Assembly (NCBI GenBank): GCA_965225945.1
Contig: CBDDBZ010000035.1
Coordinates: 346,924 to 410,923 of the forward strand
Length of the DNA stretch: 64,000 nucleotides
Reading direction: 5' to 3'
Origin: Alphaproteobacteria bacterium
GTDB lineage: Bacteria; Pseudomonadota; Alphaproteobacteria; GCA-2731375
Shown: piece after piece, positions 62,701 to 64,000 of the stretch
Numbering within the stretch: the stretch's first letter is position 1
How the letters are laid out: each line of letters begins with the position of its first letter
The notes under the pieces: generated by a model
Told to the model about the DNA's origin: nothing
The model's input: the letters and a program-made list of their open reading frames with translations, nothing else
Database searches by the model: none
Made by a program: the position numbers and the translations under genes

Positions 62701-62924
62701 CCATTGACGAAAGCACTGGCACTGCGGAAGGCACAGCCATGGGCGGCTCTGGTGTGGGCTCGTTCAACGCCACCTTCCACGGCCCGGCTGCGCACGACCA
62801 TGACGACGACGACGATGCCGTGACGGTCGATGTGCCCATTGCACCGGGCAGCGTGGTCGGCGAGTTCAACGCCAACTTCAGCAATGGCTCGGTTGCCGGC
62901 GGCTTCGGGGCGAGGAAAGAGTAG
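59751..62924 (+). CDS. Large surface lipoprotein: Ala-rich helical repeats plus C-terminal TbpB-like beta-barrel (Slam/T11SS cargo); three apparent frameshifts
   Basis: Lipobox LGLAA-C-GGG; ORFs 59751-60977, 60974-61318, 61267-62541 and 62538-62924 join by one-base deletions near 60926, 61209 and 62515; ATYEGGATGVY, GSFNATFHG, GEFNANFSNGSVAGGFGA terminus. Confidence 0.8.
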
Positions 62925-63056
62925 AGACCCCTCGTCAGGCAGATCGGGTTCTCGCTATGAGATCCTGAGCCTGCAGGTAAGAGTACTTCTGGAGAGGGTG
63001 GCACAATGTGCCACCCTCTTTTTCTTTCCTTCTTCTCGTTCAGAAAGTAGTCGACG

Positions 63057-63548
63057 ATGTCCATCCGCCCCCTGCTCCGCGTGCTTGCGGCGTCTGTGTT
63101 CCTGATCCTCCCCGCGGCGGCGTCGGTCGCCGAGAAGGTCCCGCCCCCCTCACCGTCGACGGCCGGCAAGTCCGTCAAGACCGAGATCGCCAAGGCGCGC
63201 GCCCTGATGAAGCTGCGGCGCTACGACCTGGCGCTCGCCGTGCTGCGCCCGCTGGTGCAGGACCCCAGGCATCGGAACAGCGTGCTGTTCCTCATCGGCA
63301 TCGCGGCGCTGGAGCACTCGCAGAAGAAGGGCCGGGAGGCGAAGTCGCGCGACACGCTGCTGAGCGAGGCCATCGCCTATTTCCGCACCATGTTGATCCG
63401 CAATCCCGGGCTGGTGCGCGTGCGCCTCGAGCTCGCCCGGGCCTTCTTCCTCAAGGGCGAGGACGATCTGGCCCGGCGTCACTTCCTGCAGGTGCTGGCT
63501 GGCAAACCGCCGGCCGCGGTGGCGCTCAACGTCAACCGGTTTCTCGTC
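63057..63548 (+). pseudogene. Slam / DUF560 surface lipoprotein assembly modifier (N-terminal TPR part), interrupted by a group II intron
   Basis: Signal peptide; P.LVRVRLELARAFF..G.D..AR.HF.QVLA...P..V..NVNRFL typical of the Slam TPR region; directly downstream of a TbpB-like lipoprotein. Confidence 0.78.
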
Positions 63549-64000
63549 GTTACGGTAGGAATGCGCATTGCTGCGCACCCCCCGCGGTTACGGTAGGAAT
63601 GCGCATTGCTGCGCACCCCCCGCGCAGATCCGGACGTGGTCGTTGAACCATCCGGCTCCTACCTCGGGTGCTTGACGGCAAACCGCTGGTCCGGCCATGG
63701 GTGGCGGATGGAGGCGCGTGGCCACAGGATTTCGGTCATGCGCTCCAGTCGCTTCCAACTAAATCGGGCTCGCTGGGACCGGCGGCGTAGCGCCCGCATC
63801 CACCGGCGTTGCAGCCTGCGGAGGAACGCACGGATGAACCGGCCTGACCCTGGGACGGCAAAGTAGTTGAGCCAGCCATTGCAGACTCGCCCCAGCCACC
63901 TACCAACTTCCCAGATGTCGTGGTGCCAGCGCTTGCGGAGCACCTCGTCGATGCGCGCCAGGGTCCTGTTGACCCGTTTGGCGACCGGTTTGCGACCAAG
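63549..64000 (-). mobile_element. Group II intron, 3' part (domains V-VI, with domain VI and the 3' end duplicated)
   Basis: Minus strand GAGCCGGATG...CACGTCCGGATCT (domain V, AGC triad) then GCGGGGGGTGCGCAGCAATGCGCATTCCTACCGTAAC (domain VI, ends in AC). Confidence 0.9.
63659..64000 (-). CDS. ltrA: Group II intron reverse transcriptase/maturase, C-terminal domain X (partial)
   Basis: GRWLGRVCNGWLNYFAVPG, LRRRSQR, IRHPWP; no endonuclease domain before the stop. Confidence 0.88.
   Translation of the reverse strand, partial: LGRKPVAKRVNRTLARIDEVLRKRWHHDIWEVGRWLGRVCNGWLNYFAVPGSGRFIRAFLRRLQRRWMRALRRRSQRARFSWKRLERMTEILWPRASIRHPWPDQRFAVKHPR

Noticed and set aside
59751-62924. Programmed frameshifting or SSR phase variation in the lipoprotein
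   Set aside because: No slippery heptamers or long homopolymers at the breaks; sequencing error or decay is simpler.
63659-64000. Retron or DGR reverse transcriptase acting on the lipoprotein
   Set aside because: Domains V and VI of a group II intron follow the ORF directly; no template/variable repeat pair was seen.

Overview
High-GC (roughly 70%) alphaproteobacterial chromosome segment, probably Rhodospirillales-like; this is inferred from gene content (pntAA/AB/B with upstream cytochrome oxidase subunit IV, glcDEF, djlA-amidase-rnpB, receiver + Hpt pair). The backbone is metabolic: oxidoreductases, glycolate oxidase, transhydrogenase, LeuCD-like hydratase plus an ICL/PEPM-family lyase, 2-oxoacid:ferredoxin oxidoreductase, phnA, N-methylglutamate synthase mgsABC, ggt and lpdA. 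It also holds many mobile or accessory pieces. (1) A 755-bp transposase-less cassette with perfect 43-bp TIRs (each containing an NrdR-box-like palindrome) and an 8-bp target duplication splits an LLM gene and carries an LRV-like passenger. (2) A Sel1-repeat gene sits between two diverged copies of a crotonase 5' region. (3) HipBA-like and Fic modules. (4) A RAYT-type Y1 transposase is bracketed by inverted repeats that recur 28 kb away as a 97-bp mini-element. (5) A 263-bp multi-hairpin MITE. (6) At the right end, an island holds two tandem intact tyrosine integrases, a candidate 11-8-11 recombination site, a ~1050-aa surface lipoprotein with a TbpB-like C-terminal barrel, and its Slam (type XI secretion) exporter, which is interrupted by a group II intron. 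Several exact tandem duplications and single-base frameshifts may be sequencing or assembly artefacts. All calls come from reading motifs by eye; no database search was run.
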